A stretch of DNA of 32,000 bases from Saccharolobus solfataricus (lineage in GTDB: Archaea > Thermoproteota > Thermoprotei_A > Sulfolobales > Sulfolobaceae), in assembly GCF_900079115.1 (NCBI RefSeq), contig NZ_LT549890.1, positions 2,790,001 to 2,822,000 on the forward strand. The letters run 5' to 3'. Within the stretch, counting starts at the first letter, position 1; every line of letters starts with the position of its first letter. Below the pieces are notes generated by a model, which worked only from the letters and a program-made list of their open reading frames with translations, made no database searches and was not told the DNA's origin. The position numbers and the translations under genes are program-made. Shown in pieces: positions 1 to 7,852 of the stretch.

Positions 1-2154
1 TGATCTCCTAAATTTATAAGTAAATTTAATTGAAGCCACAATCCCGTCATTATTGACTATTTCAGATGAGGAGGCCCTAATTTCGAAACTTCTATCCTCA
101 AATCCCTTCTCGATATCCCACGCGTCAGCCCAACCTGGTATATTCTCGTAAGCTATTAATAGGTTGCTCTTATCCCTTAATACTTCCCTATTTGCCTCTT
201 TATCAAATAGTGAGAGAACTTGCCCACTTTTACTTATTCTTACTCTAAAATATTTATTCTCCACAAGGTATTCAGCGTTATTTTCATTAATGACGGCTTT
301 ATCTCTAACCTCCACTGGTTCCAACAAGGAGAATCCCACTGATGGGACTCTAACCTTAACCAACTTACCGTCAGCCTCAATGTATTCCTCCCTATCCCAT
401 GACAGTGAATTAAACACAAACGTCTTATCTCCGCTACCACCAACTAACTTCTGCATCGCTTCACTCGCAACATTATTAGCCTTATTTATCACTTCTTCTA
501 ACTCTTGATAAGCCACCTTATAAACGTCTTTTATCGCCGATCCAGGTAAGACGTCATGGAACTGATCCTTTAATACAACTTTCCATAGTTTTGTAAAAAC
601 TTCTTTATCATAAGTCCTAGCTAAAGTGCTCCATAGCTCGGCTTCTCTTAACGCAATCTCTGCACTTCTATTAAGCAATTTCATCTTTGAATGAGAGGTC
701 AATACACCCCTATGAGTTTCTAAATATAGTTCTCCTCTCCACTCTTCTACTGGAACTATCCTTTGTATATAGCTATTTACACCACTTAGTTCAACCTTGG
801 GTAATATTGGTAAAAGGTTTACTGCTTCAGCTCTAATCAACATATCCTCATTTGGTCCTCCACCGCCATCACCGTATCCGTAAGAGTATAGCATTGGTTG
901 ATCCTTTTGAGCCCAATTATTATATTGCTCTAAAACACTAGAGGCCGAGAAGTCTGAGTTATAACCACCCTTTCCATGCCCAAAAGCTATTGCTGGTAAG
1001 TAATCGCCGTTTGGTCCTACCCACTTAAAAACGTTGTATGGGAATTTATTAGTGTCGTTCCAGAAAACCTTATGAGTTGCGAATGCCTTAACTCCGCCCA
1101 ATTTAGCTATCTGAGGTAATGATGCTGAAAACCCAAATGTGTCGGGTAACCATAAAATATTAGCAAGCTTCCCAAAATTTTCCAGATAGAACCTCTGAGA
1201 GTATAAGAACTGTCTAGCAAGCGACTCACCAGATACCATATTCGCATCTGATTCAACATATAGGGCTGCTAATTCCCATTTGCCTTCTTTAACCTTTTCC
1301 TTAATTCTTACAAATAATTCCGGAGAATCAGCCTTTACCCACTCGTAATATATGGCAGCACTCTGAATAAAGTGAAAGTCGTATTTGTCTAAGAGTGTCA
1401 AAATTGTTGAGAATGTCCTTAGAACTTTCCTCCTCGTCTCATCAAATGGCCAAAGCCAAGCGGTATCAATATGAGCGTGACCAGTTCCTACCAATACCCC
1501 TCTTTTACCGTACTTATTTACTAGTTTTGACAATTCACTCCTCAAAGTGTTCAAAGCCCCTTCGAATTTACTTCTATTCTCATCTTCCTTGTATACATCT
1601 AGAGGTTCCTCGATCTCTTGAACCATTCTACTTACATCCAATGTCGTTCTTATTAACTTAGACAGAATAAACAACTGTTCTTTAGATATTGTCTCGAAGT
1701 AAGCCTCATGTAAAGCTTTACTTAAGGCACTAATTAAATCATCCTTAACTTCATTGTCATTTATACTTCTTACTAGGTCTAGGATCTGAGATCCGTAAAC
1801 GTATAACTTATAAGCGTTAGAGTCTATCTCAGTATAAAACGGTATTCCAGCTGAAATATCAACCTTTTCACCAAAGTCCATATAGTGGGAAAGCTCTAAA
1901 CTAATCTTATGGTTACCAAAGGGAATTGGTATCAAAGTGTGATATCTATCTAGCTCGAAATAGGGTTTGTCATCCAATCTGATGAGCCCACTCCCCTTGT
2001 GGTCAACGATTAACAAATAGGAATTTCCCTTCCCTTCAATCTCCAAGTAGGCTTTATTATGATTTTCAAGATTCCATCTTAATTGTCGTAAGTTTCTAAA
2101 AGAATTACCTAACGTTAGTATTAATCTCGCCTCAAGCTCGTTTATGTTTCTCAT
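1..2154 (-). CDS. GH38 alpha-mannosidase, N-terminal 718 codons; the 3' end runs off the left window edge
   Basis: I reverse-complemented and translated 2154->1 by hand. The frame is open for 718 codons from ATG (2152..2154) with no stop: MRNINELEARLILTLGNSF...GTGHAHIDTAWLWPFDETRRK...LWLPDTFGFSASLPQI...YLETHRGVLTSHSK...DQFHDVLPGSAI. HAHIDTAW (metal ligands) and PDTFG (nucleophile Asp) are GH38 hallmarks. It is not in the supplied ORF track, presumably because no stop lies inside the window. Confidence 0.9.
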   Translation of the reverse strand, partial: MRNINELEARLILTLGNSFRNLRQLRWNLENHNKAYLEIEGKGNSYLLIVDHKGSGLIRLDDKPYFELDRYHTLIPIPFGNHKISLELSHYMDFGEKVDISAGIPFYTEIDSNAYKLYVYGSQILDLVRSINDNEVKDDLISALSKALHEAYFETISKEQLFILSKLIRTTLDVSRMVQEIEEPLDVYKEDENRSKFEGALNTLRSELSKLVNKYGKRGVLVGTGHAHIDTAWLWPFDETRRKVLRTFSTILTLLDKYDFHFIQSAAIYYEWVKADSPELFVRIKEKVKEGKWELAALYVESDANMVSGESLARQFLYSQRFYLENFGKLANILWLPDTFGFSASLPQIAKLGGVKAFATHKVFWNDTNKFPYNVFKWVGPNGDYLPAIAFGHGKGGYNSDFSASSVLEQYNNWAQKDQPMLYSYGYGDGGGGPNEDMLIRAEAVNLLPILPKVELSGVNSYIQRIVPVEEWRGELYLETHRGVLTSHSKMKLLNRSAEIALREAELWSTLARTYDKEVFTKLWKVVLKDQFHDVLPGSAIKDVYKVAYQELEEVINKANNVASEAMQKLVGGSGDKTFVFNSLSWDREEYIEADGKLVKVRVPSVGFSLLEPVEVRDKAVINENNAEYLVENKYFRVRISKSGQVLSLFDKEANREVLRDKSNLLIAYENIPGWADAWDIEKGFEDRSFEIRASSSEIVNNDGIVASIKFTYKFRRS

Positions 2155-2176
2155 AAGAATAGTTCTTGCATAGAAG

Positions 2177-2186
2177 TATATAAATA
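2177..2186. promoter_or_regulatory. Single TATA-like box (TATATAAATA) shared by two divergent leaderless genes
   Basis: It is centred about 27 nt from the minus-strand ATG at 2154 and about 26 nt from the plus-strand ATG at 2207. The intergenic region is only 52 bp. Confidence 0.45.
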
Positions 2187-2206
2187 TGAAATTATGACTC
2201 TAAAGT

Positions 2207-4000
2207 ATGAAAACGTTTTTCTTAGGCTTCAACTATTGGCCTAGAATATCTAATATAAAAATGTGGAGTAGATTTGAAATTGAAGAGATAAGGAGAGATT
2301 TCGAATTGATGAGCGGACTAGGCACAAATACTATAAGAGCGTTCATATTAGATGAAGATTGTGCAGATCAGCAAGGTAATCTAAGGCAAGAATGCAAAAG
2401 TAAAATCGAGATATTTTTGGAGGAGGCAAATAGACATTCCATAAAGGTTCTATTAACCTTAATAGTAGGTCATATGAGCGGAAAGAACTGGAGTATCCCA
2501 TGGGATAGTGAAAATACAATTTATGACAAGGTCGACCAAACGAAGAGATTTATAGAAGATGTTGTTAAAAGCTTTAAGCAAAACAATGCGATACTGGGAT
2601 GGATACTAACAAATGAAATATCGTTAGTGAGAATACCCCAAAATGACAATATATTCTTGAGATGGCTTAGGGAATTATACAATTACATTAAAAGGATTGA
2701 TGATCAACATTTGATCTCAGTCGGGGACAACGTTTCTCCATTCTCCCATAATTTCTTAAGACCGGAAAACGTTAAGGGAATTGTAGATTATGCCTCACCG
2801 CATATCTATCAGTACGATCAAGACCCAATTAGACATTCGATTAGATACTTCATGATACTTGAATATGATAGGAGCGCGGGATTGCCAGTAATTCTGGAAG
2901 AATTTGGATTTCCAACCGCGGTTTACTCTGAAGAGAGTCACGCTAGATTTATAGGGTTAATTCTAAGGGGGGCACTAGTTTATGGAGCTGATGGAGCACT
3001 AATCTGGTGTTTTTCTGACTTCCCTAGAGAGGATGATGAGCCTTATCTATGGGAACCTCATGAACTAACCTTTGGAATAATAAGACAAGATGGAAGTGAG
3101 AAGATGGCAGCTAAAGTAATAAAGGAGTTCAGTCAAAAGACTAAGGATATAGATCTGTCATCCTATAAGGTACCTAGAAGGGATTCAGCAATACTAGTTC
3201 CCTCTTGGTTTTATAGGAATTTTCAATTTGTCCCAGAGCAAGATAGAAGATGGGATTTCGCTAGAGTGTTAAATCAAGCATTTGCATTCGCTAGATTATC
3301 TAATATTCAAGTTACATTTGTAAGAGAAGATGATCAAAATTTGTCGGATTATAAGTTGTTAATAATACCCTCTGTTACTAGACTACTTACAACAACGTGG
3401 AGGAAATTACTAAAGATTGTTGAAAATGGTACTAGTGTCTACTTCTCAACTTACACCTTAACACACATGTCTGCGACACACCTATGGGAGGAACTTTTTG
3501 GCGTAATGCCTAATAATCCAGCAGGAAGTAGGGGAGTTAAGATACCAGAGAGAGTTAGATTATTAGAGAACAATCTTGTACTCGATTTAGGACAAACAAA
3601 TATGTATACATATTCGTTTAAAGAGAAGGACGCTAAAGTGATAGGGATAGATGAAAACAGTAATATTGGCGTAGCTTTTTTGGCTAAAAGAGGGAAGGGT
3701 AATGTTATTCTCTCCACAGTACCTCTAGAGTTGATTTCCTCAAATTACGAGACAATGAAGGAAAATCGCATATCATTTTACAATTATCTTGCAAAAATAG
3801 CTAATATCGAACAGAGATTTCCAATGCAAAACTATGGTGTTGAAATACAGTATCTTGAAGGAAAGGGAGATAGCTTACTAGCAGTTTTAAATCACACATG
3901 GGAAGATAAAGAATATGGACTTAACGTAGGCGTGAAAGAGGATATGGATGCTTGCCAAGGAGTGGTTAGGGCTAAATCTGGTTGCTTAATAAGAGTCTAA
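2207..4000 (+). CDS. Clan GH-A (GH5-like) glycoside hydrolase with a GH42-middle-domain-like C-terminal half; possible beta-mannanase/mannosidase-type enzyme
   Basis: 597-aa ORF. The N-terminal TIM-barrel pattern is FLGFNYWP...GTNTIRAF. LTNEIS is an Asn-Glu acid/base motif and VILEEFGFP a nucleophile Glu motif. The C-terminal 260 aa has the alpha/beta pattern seen after GH42 barrels (LLIIPSVTRLL...GTSVYFS). It lies divergent to the alpha-mannosidase. Confidence 0.7.
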   Translation: MKTFFLGFNYWPRISNIKMWSRFEIEEIRRDFELMSGLGTNTIRAFILDEDCADQQGNLRQECKSKIEIFLEEANRHSIKVLLTLIVGHMSGKNWSIPWDSENTIYDKVDQTKRFIEDVVKSFKQNNAILGWILTNEISLVRIPQNDNIFLRWLRELYNYIKRIDDQHLISVGDNVSPFSHNFLRPENVKGIVDYASPHIYQYDQDPIRHSIRYFMILEYDRSAGLPVILEEFGFPTAVYSEESHARFIGLILRGALVYGADGALIWCFSDFPREDDEPYLWEPHELTFGIIRQDGSEKMAAKVIKEFSQKTKDIDLSSYKVPRRDSAILVPSWFYRNFQFVPEQDRRWDFARVLNQAFAFARLSNIQVTFVREDDQNLSDYKLLIIPSVTRLLTTTWRKLLKIVENGTSVYFSTYTLTHMSATHLWEELFGVMPNNPAGSRGVKIPERVRLLENNLVLDLGQTNMYTYSFKEKDAKVIGIDENSNIGVAFLAKRGKGNVILSTVPLELISSNYETMKENRISFYNYLAKIANIEQRFPMQNYGVEIQYLEGKGDSLLAVLNHTWEDKEYGLNVGVKEDMDACQGVVRAKSGCLIRV

Positions 4001-4012
4001 CCGATACCAATC

Positions 4013-4022
4013 TTTTTTAATT
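4013..4022 (+). promoter_or_regulatory. TATA-like box (TTTTTTAATT) for the 4042 gene; the T6 run could also terminate the upstream gene
   Basis: Centred about 25 nt upstream of ATG 4042, which is leaderless geometry. Confidence 0.4.
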
Positions 4023-4041
4023 ATTATTATAAACTTATTTT

Positions 4042-5271
4042 ATGACTCTAGGTATTGCATTCGTAGGAAGTGGGTTTTCGGCTAAGTTTCATTTAAGGGG
4101 ATTAGTGGGAGTTAGAAATGTAGAAGTCAAGGGAGTATATTCAAGAAATCTAAACTCATCTAAAGAATTCGCTATGTTATCTGAGCAATTAGGATTAGGG
4201 AAACCTAAAGTGTATAGTGATATAAGTAAAATGCTCTCTGATAAGGAGATTAATGCAGTATGGTTAACCGTTCCCAATGACGTACATTTAGAATACACAA
4301 AGTTAATTGCTGAAGAGGTTTCTCAAGGAAGGTCCAATATACACGGAATAACGATAGAGAAACCACTGGCAAGAAACGTGAAGGAAGCTAAGGAGATGAT
4401 TAGATTAGTAGAGAAGGCTGGGCTATTGCATGGATATTTGGAGAATCAAATCTTTATGCCATCTGTAGTGAGGGCTAGAGAAGCTATTTGGGAGATTGGA
4501 TCGAGGAATTCTGGAAGGCCATATTTAGCAAGAGCAGCTGAAGAGCACTCTGGTCCTCATAATAGCTGGTTTTGGAGACCGACTATTTCCGGTGGAGGGG
4601 CATTAATAGATATGACTTGCCATAGTTTAGAGGCAACTAGATTTTTACTTACTGACCCAGCAAAGACTAAATCCTCACTTAAGCCGAAAACTGTATATGC
4701 GGAGACAAAAACGTTGAAGTGGAATAAGAAAGAGTACGCTCAATATTTAAAGGAAAAGTATAACGTGGACTTCTTAAAGGAACCGGCTGAGGATTATGCA
4801 CTAACCATAGTAACTTATGAGGACGATTTAGGTAATTCTGTATTGGCGGAGACTAGAACTTCGTGGAACTATGTTGGGCCTGGGCTTAGGTTATCAGTAG
4901 AAGTGTTAGGACCAGAATACAGTGTTAATATCAATACTCTACAATCTGAACTTTCAGTGTTCTTTAGCAGGAACATTAAACTTCCCCAGTCTGAAGCTTT
5001 CGTCGAGAAACAAAATGCTGATCAAGGACTTATGCCGATTATACTTGATGAGGCAGTGGTTTACGGATATCAAGGAGAGGATAGGCATATGGTTGAGTCT
5101 TTTATATCCCGTAAGATGCCTTTTGAGAATTGGTATGATGGATTATTAATAGTCCAACTTATGATGCATGCCTACCTTTCAGCTGAAAATGGGAGGAAGA
5201 TTAGTTTTGATCCGCAAAAAGTAGAGGACTTCATACCTAAAGTAGCTAGAGGATTATATTCTGCCTTTTAA
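4042..5271 (+). CDS. Gfo/Idh/MocA-family NAD(P)-dependent oxidoreductase (long, 409 aa)
   Basis: N-terminal Rossmann motif IAFVGSGFSAKFH, EKP motif (IEKPLA) and a C-terminal alpha/beta domain with GGGALIDMTCH. Confidence 0.85.
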   Translation: MTLGIAFVGSGFSAKFHLRGLVGVRNVEVKGVYSRNLNSSKEFAMLSEQLGLGKPKVYSDISKMLSDKEINAVWLTVPNDVHLEYTKLIAEEVSQGRSNIHGITIEKPLARNVKEAKEMIRLVEKAGLLHGYLENQIFMPSVVRAREAIWEIGSRNSGRPYLARAAEEHSGPHNSWFWRPTISGGGALIDMTCHSLEATRFLLTDPAKTKSSLKPKTVYAETKTLKWNKKEYAQYLKEKYNVDFLKEPAEDYALTIVTYEDDLGNSVLAETRTSWNYVGPGLRLSVEVLGPEYSVNINTLQSELSVFFSRNIKLPQSEAFVEKQNADQGLMPIILDEAVVYGYQGEDRHMVESFISRKMPFENWYDGLLIVQLMMHAYLSAENGRKISFDPQKVEDFIPKVARGLYSAF

Positions 5272-5396
5272 AAAAATACATTTAATAGCATAACTGATAA
5301 GTTTGGAGTTTCTATACTGTAATTACAGAAAATGTACTTTTTACTTAGTATGATGAAAGTAAAGTTTTTAAGCATAGATTTTCAATATGTATTTAT

Positions 5397-5468
5397 GGGA
5401 TAGGGCCAGGACAAATGGGGTAGTAAAGGGGGTTATGGGGATTTAACGGGGAGTTGTCCTGGCCTCCC
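5397..5468 (+). other. Intergenic stem-loop: an 11-bp perfect stem (plus a 4-bp extension) clamps a G4N7G5N4G4N7G4 quadruplex motif
   Basis: GGCCAGGACAA (5404..5414) pairs with TTGTCCTGGCC (5454..5464). GGGA (5397..5400) pairs with TCCC (5465..5468) across a 3-nt bulge. The loop carries G-runs at 5417-5420, 5428-5432, 5437-5440 and 5448-5451. Confidence 0.5.
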
Positions 5469-5574
5469 TTTCAAGAGATAAGGTTTGAACTCTTTTAAAT
5501 GGGTTAATATAGTTATCCTTTACTTGTTAAGTTTACCAAGAACTGTATTACGAAAAGACTATCGTAATAAAGTT

Positions 5575-5582
5575 TTTATAAA
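5575..5582 (+). promoter_or_regulatory. TATA box (TTTATAAA) for the 5603 gene
   Basis: Centred about 25 nt upstream of ATG 5603. A 7-bp inverted repeat, ATTACGA (5547..5553) / TCGTAAT (5562..5568), sits just upstream and could be an operator. Confidence 0.45.
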
Positions 5583-5602
5583 TAAAGAGCATATCTTAAC
5601 TC

Positions 5603-7774
5603 ATGGCAAGAGAAATAGGAAGACCCGTTAAGAGGATAATAGAAGATCCCTCTTTAATTACCGGAAAAGGCAGATTTGTATACGATATTGACTTTAAGGG
5701 TACGCTTTACGCAGTATTTATAAGAAGCCAGTATTCACATGCAAAGATAAAGAGTATAAGATGCCCAGAAGGTGCGTTGTGCTACACCGCTAAGGATTTA
5801 CCAGAGCTCATCGGATTAGCTAAAGAAGAGGCAATTTACCAAGGGCAACCATTAGCAGTTGTTTTAGCTGAAGATGAATACAAGGCTAGGGATTTAGCTG
5901 AACAAGTGGAAGTGGAATACGAACCATTACCTTCAGTTATTAATGTTGAGGAAGCTTTGAAAGATGTTAAAAAGGCTAAAAGTGATTTAAGCTCAAATAT
6001 TGTATTACAAGATAATGTAGAGATAGGAGATGTAAATTCCGCATTTAAAAAAGCTTATAAGGTAGTTGAAGCCGAGATCATAAACCAAAGAGTAATTCCA
6101 TCAGCAATGGAACCTAGGGGCGCTGTAGCGTACTTTGATGGAAGAAGACTAACGGTATGGAGCAGTACACAGAATGTATTTGGATTAAAGGACACTCTTT
6201 TACAATTCTTATCTAAGTATGGAGTAAATGATGTGAGGGTAGTCCAGCCTTTTGTCGGAGGAGCATTTGGTAGCAAAATCTACATTTATCCCGAAGAGGT
6301 TATAATATCCTATTTGGCAGTTCTTACTGGGAAGCCTATAAAGTGGTTTAATACTAGGACTGAAGAGTTTATGTCGACAAATCACGGAAGGGACATGAGA
6401 TTAAAGTTTAAGGCTGCCTTTGATAAGGAGGGTAAGTTATTGGGGATAGAAGGAACTTTGATCATGGATTTAGGTGCTCCAATAATGGAGATTTATGAGG
6501 ATTCCTTCGGAATGGCTACTACGGCAGCTAGATTATTGGTCGGCAGATATAAGGTTAATGCCATAAAGGTTAAGGTATTAGGTATTGCCACTAATAAGAC
6601 ATTTATAGGTCCCTATAGGGGTGCTGGTAGACCTGAGGCTACTTACTTCATAGAGAGAATTCTTAACCTTGGAGCTAGAGCTTTAGGTGTTGATCAATTT
6701 GAGATTAGAGAAGTTAATATAATTGATGAGGTAAGTCACTATAATACTCCAACTGGAATGTATTATGATAGCGGAAAATACAGGGAGGCATTAAAAATCG
6801 CTAAACCGTCTTATCATGAGCTATTAAGAAAACGTGACGAGTTAAGGGCTAAGGGTAAGTTAGCTGGAGTGGGAGTAGCTATTGTATCAGAGATAGCGTC
6901 CTTCGGGACAGGTACTGCTAGGGTTCAACTTACACCAAACGGTAGGATTCAAGTAGTGAGTGGGTTTACTCCGCATGGGCAAGGAGACGCTACTGCATTT
7001 GCACAAATAGCAGCTGAGGTATTCGACGTTGATGTAGGTAAAGTTGATGTGTTATGGGGAGATACGGATTTAATATCTCATGGAGGTTTAACTGGCGGCA
7101 GTACAACTTTAACAGTTGGAGGTTCTGCAGTATACGAAGCCTCAATAAGATTAAAAGAGAAGTTGCTTAGAGTTGTAGGTGAAAAGTTAGGTGTAAGGCC
7201 TGAGGAAATAGAGTATAAGAATGGGAAGTTCTACCATAAAAAGGGCGAAATGAGTTTAGCTGATACCGCTAGGGAAGCATTACGTATGGGAGTATATCCA
7301 GAGGAGCAATATTCTTACACAATTAGACCTTATACCTCTCCCTATGGAATACATATGGCACTGGTGGAGGTAGATAGGGAGACTGGATTTGTAAAAGTAT
7401 TGGAGTACAAGGCGTTTGACGATGTGGGAGTTGTTGTAAATCCACTTTTAGCTGAGGGACAAGTTCATGGAGGTGCTCTTCAAGGTATTTCCCAAGCACT
7501 ATATGAGGAAACTGTTTACTCACCAGAGGGTTCATTAATAACTTCTAACTTCTCCGATTACGTTATTCCCACTGCTATGGAAGCTGTTAAAGTGGAGTGG
7601 AAGTCTCTAGCACTGGCTAAATCAGACACCCCATTAGGGTCTAAGGGAATAGGAGAACTGCCAACCATTGCATCAACTCCAACAATTCTTCACGCTGTAG
7701 AAGACGCCATAGGTAAAAACATCTATACAATGCCAACTAAACCAGAATTAATTTTAAAACTTTTAAATAGCTAA
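5603..7774 (+). CDS. Molybdopterin-binding large subunit of the xanthine dehydrogenase / aldehyde oxidoreductase (CoxL/CutA-like) family
   Basis: 723 aa with GGAFGSK, YRGAGRPEA, GQGDATAFAQIAAE and C-terminal SKGIGELP motifs. The CO-dehydrogenase active-site loop (AYxCSFR) is absent, so an aldehyde-oxidoreductase-type enzyme is more likely than a true CODH. Confidence 0.85.
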   Translation: MAREIGRPVKRIIEDPSLITGKGRFVYDIDFKGTLYAVFIRSQYSHAKIKSIRCPEGALCYTAKDLPELIGLAKEEAIYQGQPLAVVLAEDEYKARDLAEQVEVEYEPLPSVINVEEALKDVKKAKSDLSSNIVLQDNVEIGDVNSAFKKAYKVVEAEIINQRVIPSAMEPRGAVAYFDGRRLTVWSSTQNVFGLKDTLLQFLSKYGVNDVRVVQPFVGGAFGSKIYIYPEEVIISYLAVLTGKPIKWFNTRTEEFMSTNHGRDMRLKFKAAFDKEGKLLGIEGTLIMDLGAPIMEIYEDSFGMATTAARLLVGRYKVNAIKVKVLGIATNKTFIGPYRGAGRPEATYFIERILNLGARALGVDQFEIREVNIIDEVSHYNTPTGMYYDSGKYREALKIAKPSYHELLRKRDELRAKGKLAGVGVAIVSEIASFGTGTARVQLTPNGRIQVVSGFTPHGQGDATAFAQIAAEVFDVDVGKVDVLWGDTDLISHGGLTGGSTTLTVGGSAVYEASIRLKEKLLRVVGEKLGVRPEEIEYKNGKFYHKKGEMSLADTAREALRMGVYPEEQYSYTIRPYTSPYGIHMALVEVDRETGFVKVLEYKAFDDVGVVVNPLLAEGQVHGGALQGISQALYEETVYSPEGSLITSNFSDYVIPTAMEAVKVEWKSLALAKSDTPLGSKGIGELPTIASTPTILHAVEDAIGKNIYTMPTKPELILKLLNS

Positions 7775-7784
7775 TCATTATATG

Positions 7785-7790
7785 TTTTTT
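7785..7790 (+). terminator. Oligo-T tract (T6) downstream of the 5603..7774 stop
   Basis: TTTTTT lies 11 nt after the TAA. Archaeal termination commonly uses oligo-T tracts. Confidence 0.3.
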
Positions 7791-7852
7791 CCAAAAATTT
7801 TAAAGGGAATAACTTTAAAAGATTAAACTATTAATTCCCATTATGACCTCTG

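Noticed and set aside
164-1661. Track ORFs 164..508(+), 240..443(-) and 1395..1661(+)
   Set aside because: All lie inside the continuous 718-codon GH38 reading frame on the minus strand, either out of frame or antisense. Their translations are low-complexity (Leu/Ser-rich), which is typical of shadow ORFs.
5317-5328. 12-bp palindrome CTGTAATTACAG downstream of the 4042..5271 gene
   Set aside because: It is short and AT-rich in an AT-rich spacer, so it could easily arise by chance. It has no flanking oligo-T or second copy.
5349-5357. C-box-like UGAUGA (AGTATGATGAAAG) suggesting a C/D box sRNA
   Set aside because: No CUGA D box lies at a suitable distance downstream on the same strand, and there are no terminal complementary bases. 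A single hexamer is expected by chance.
5603-7774. Calling this gene a carbon monoxide dehydrogenase large subunit
   Set aside because: The CODH-specific active-site loop is absent and no CoxM/CoxS-type partners are nearby. I kept it as a generic Mo-hydroxylase / aldehyde-oxidoreductase-type subunit.
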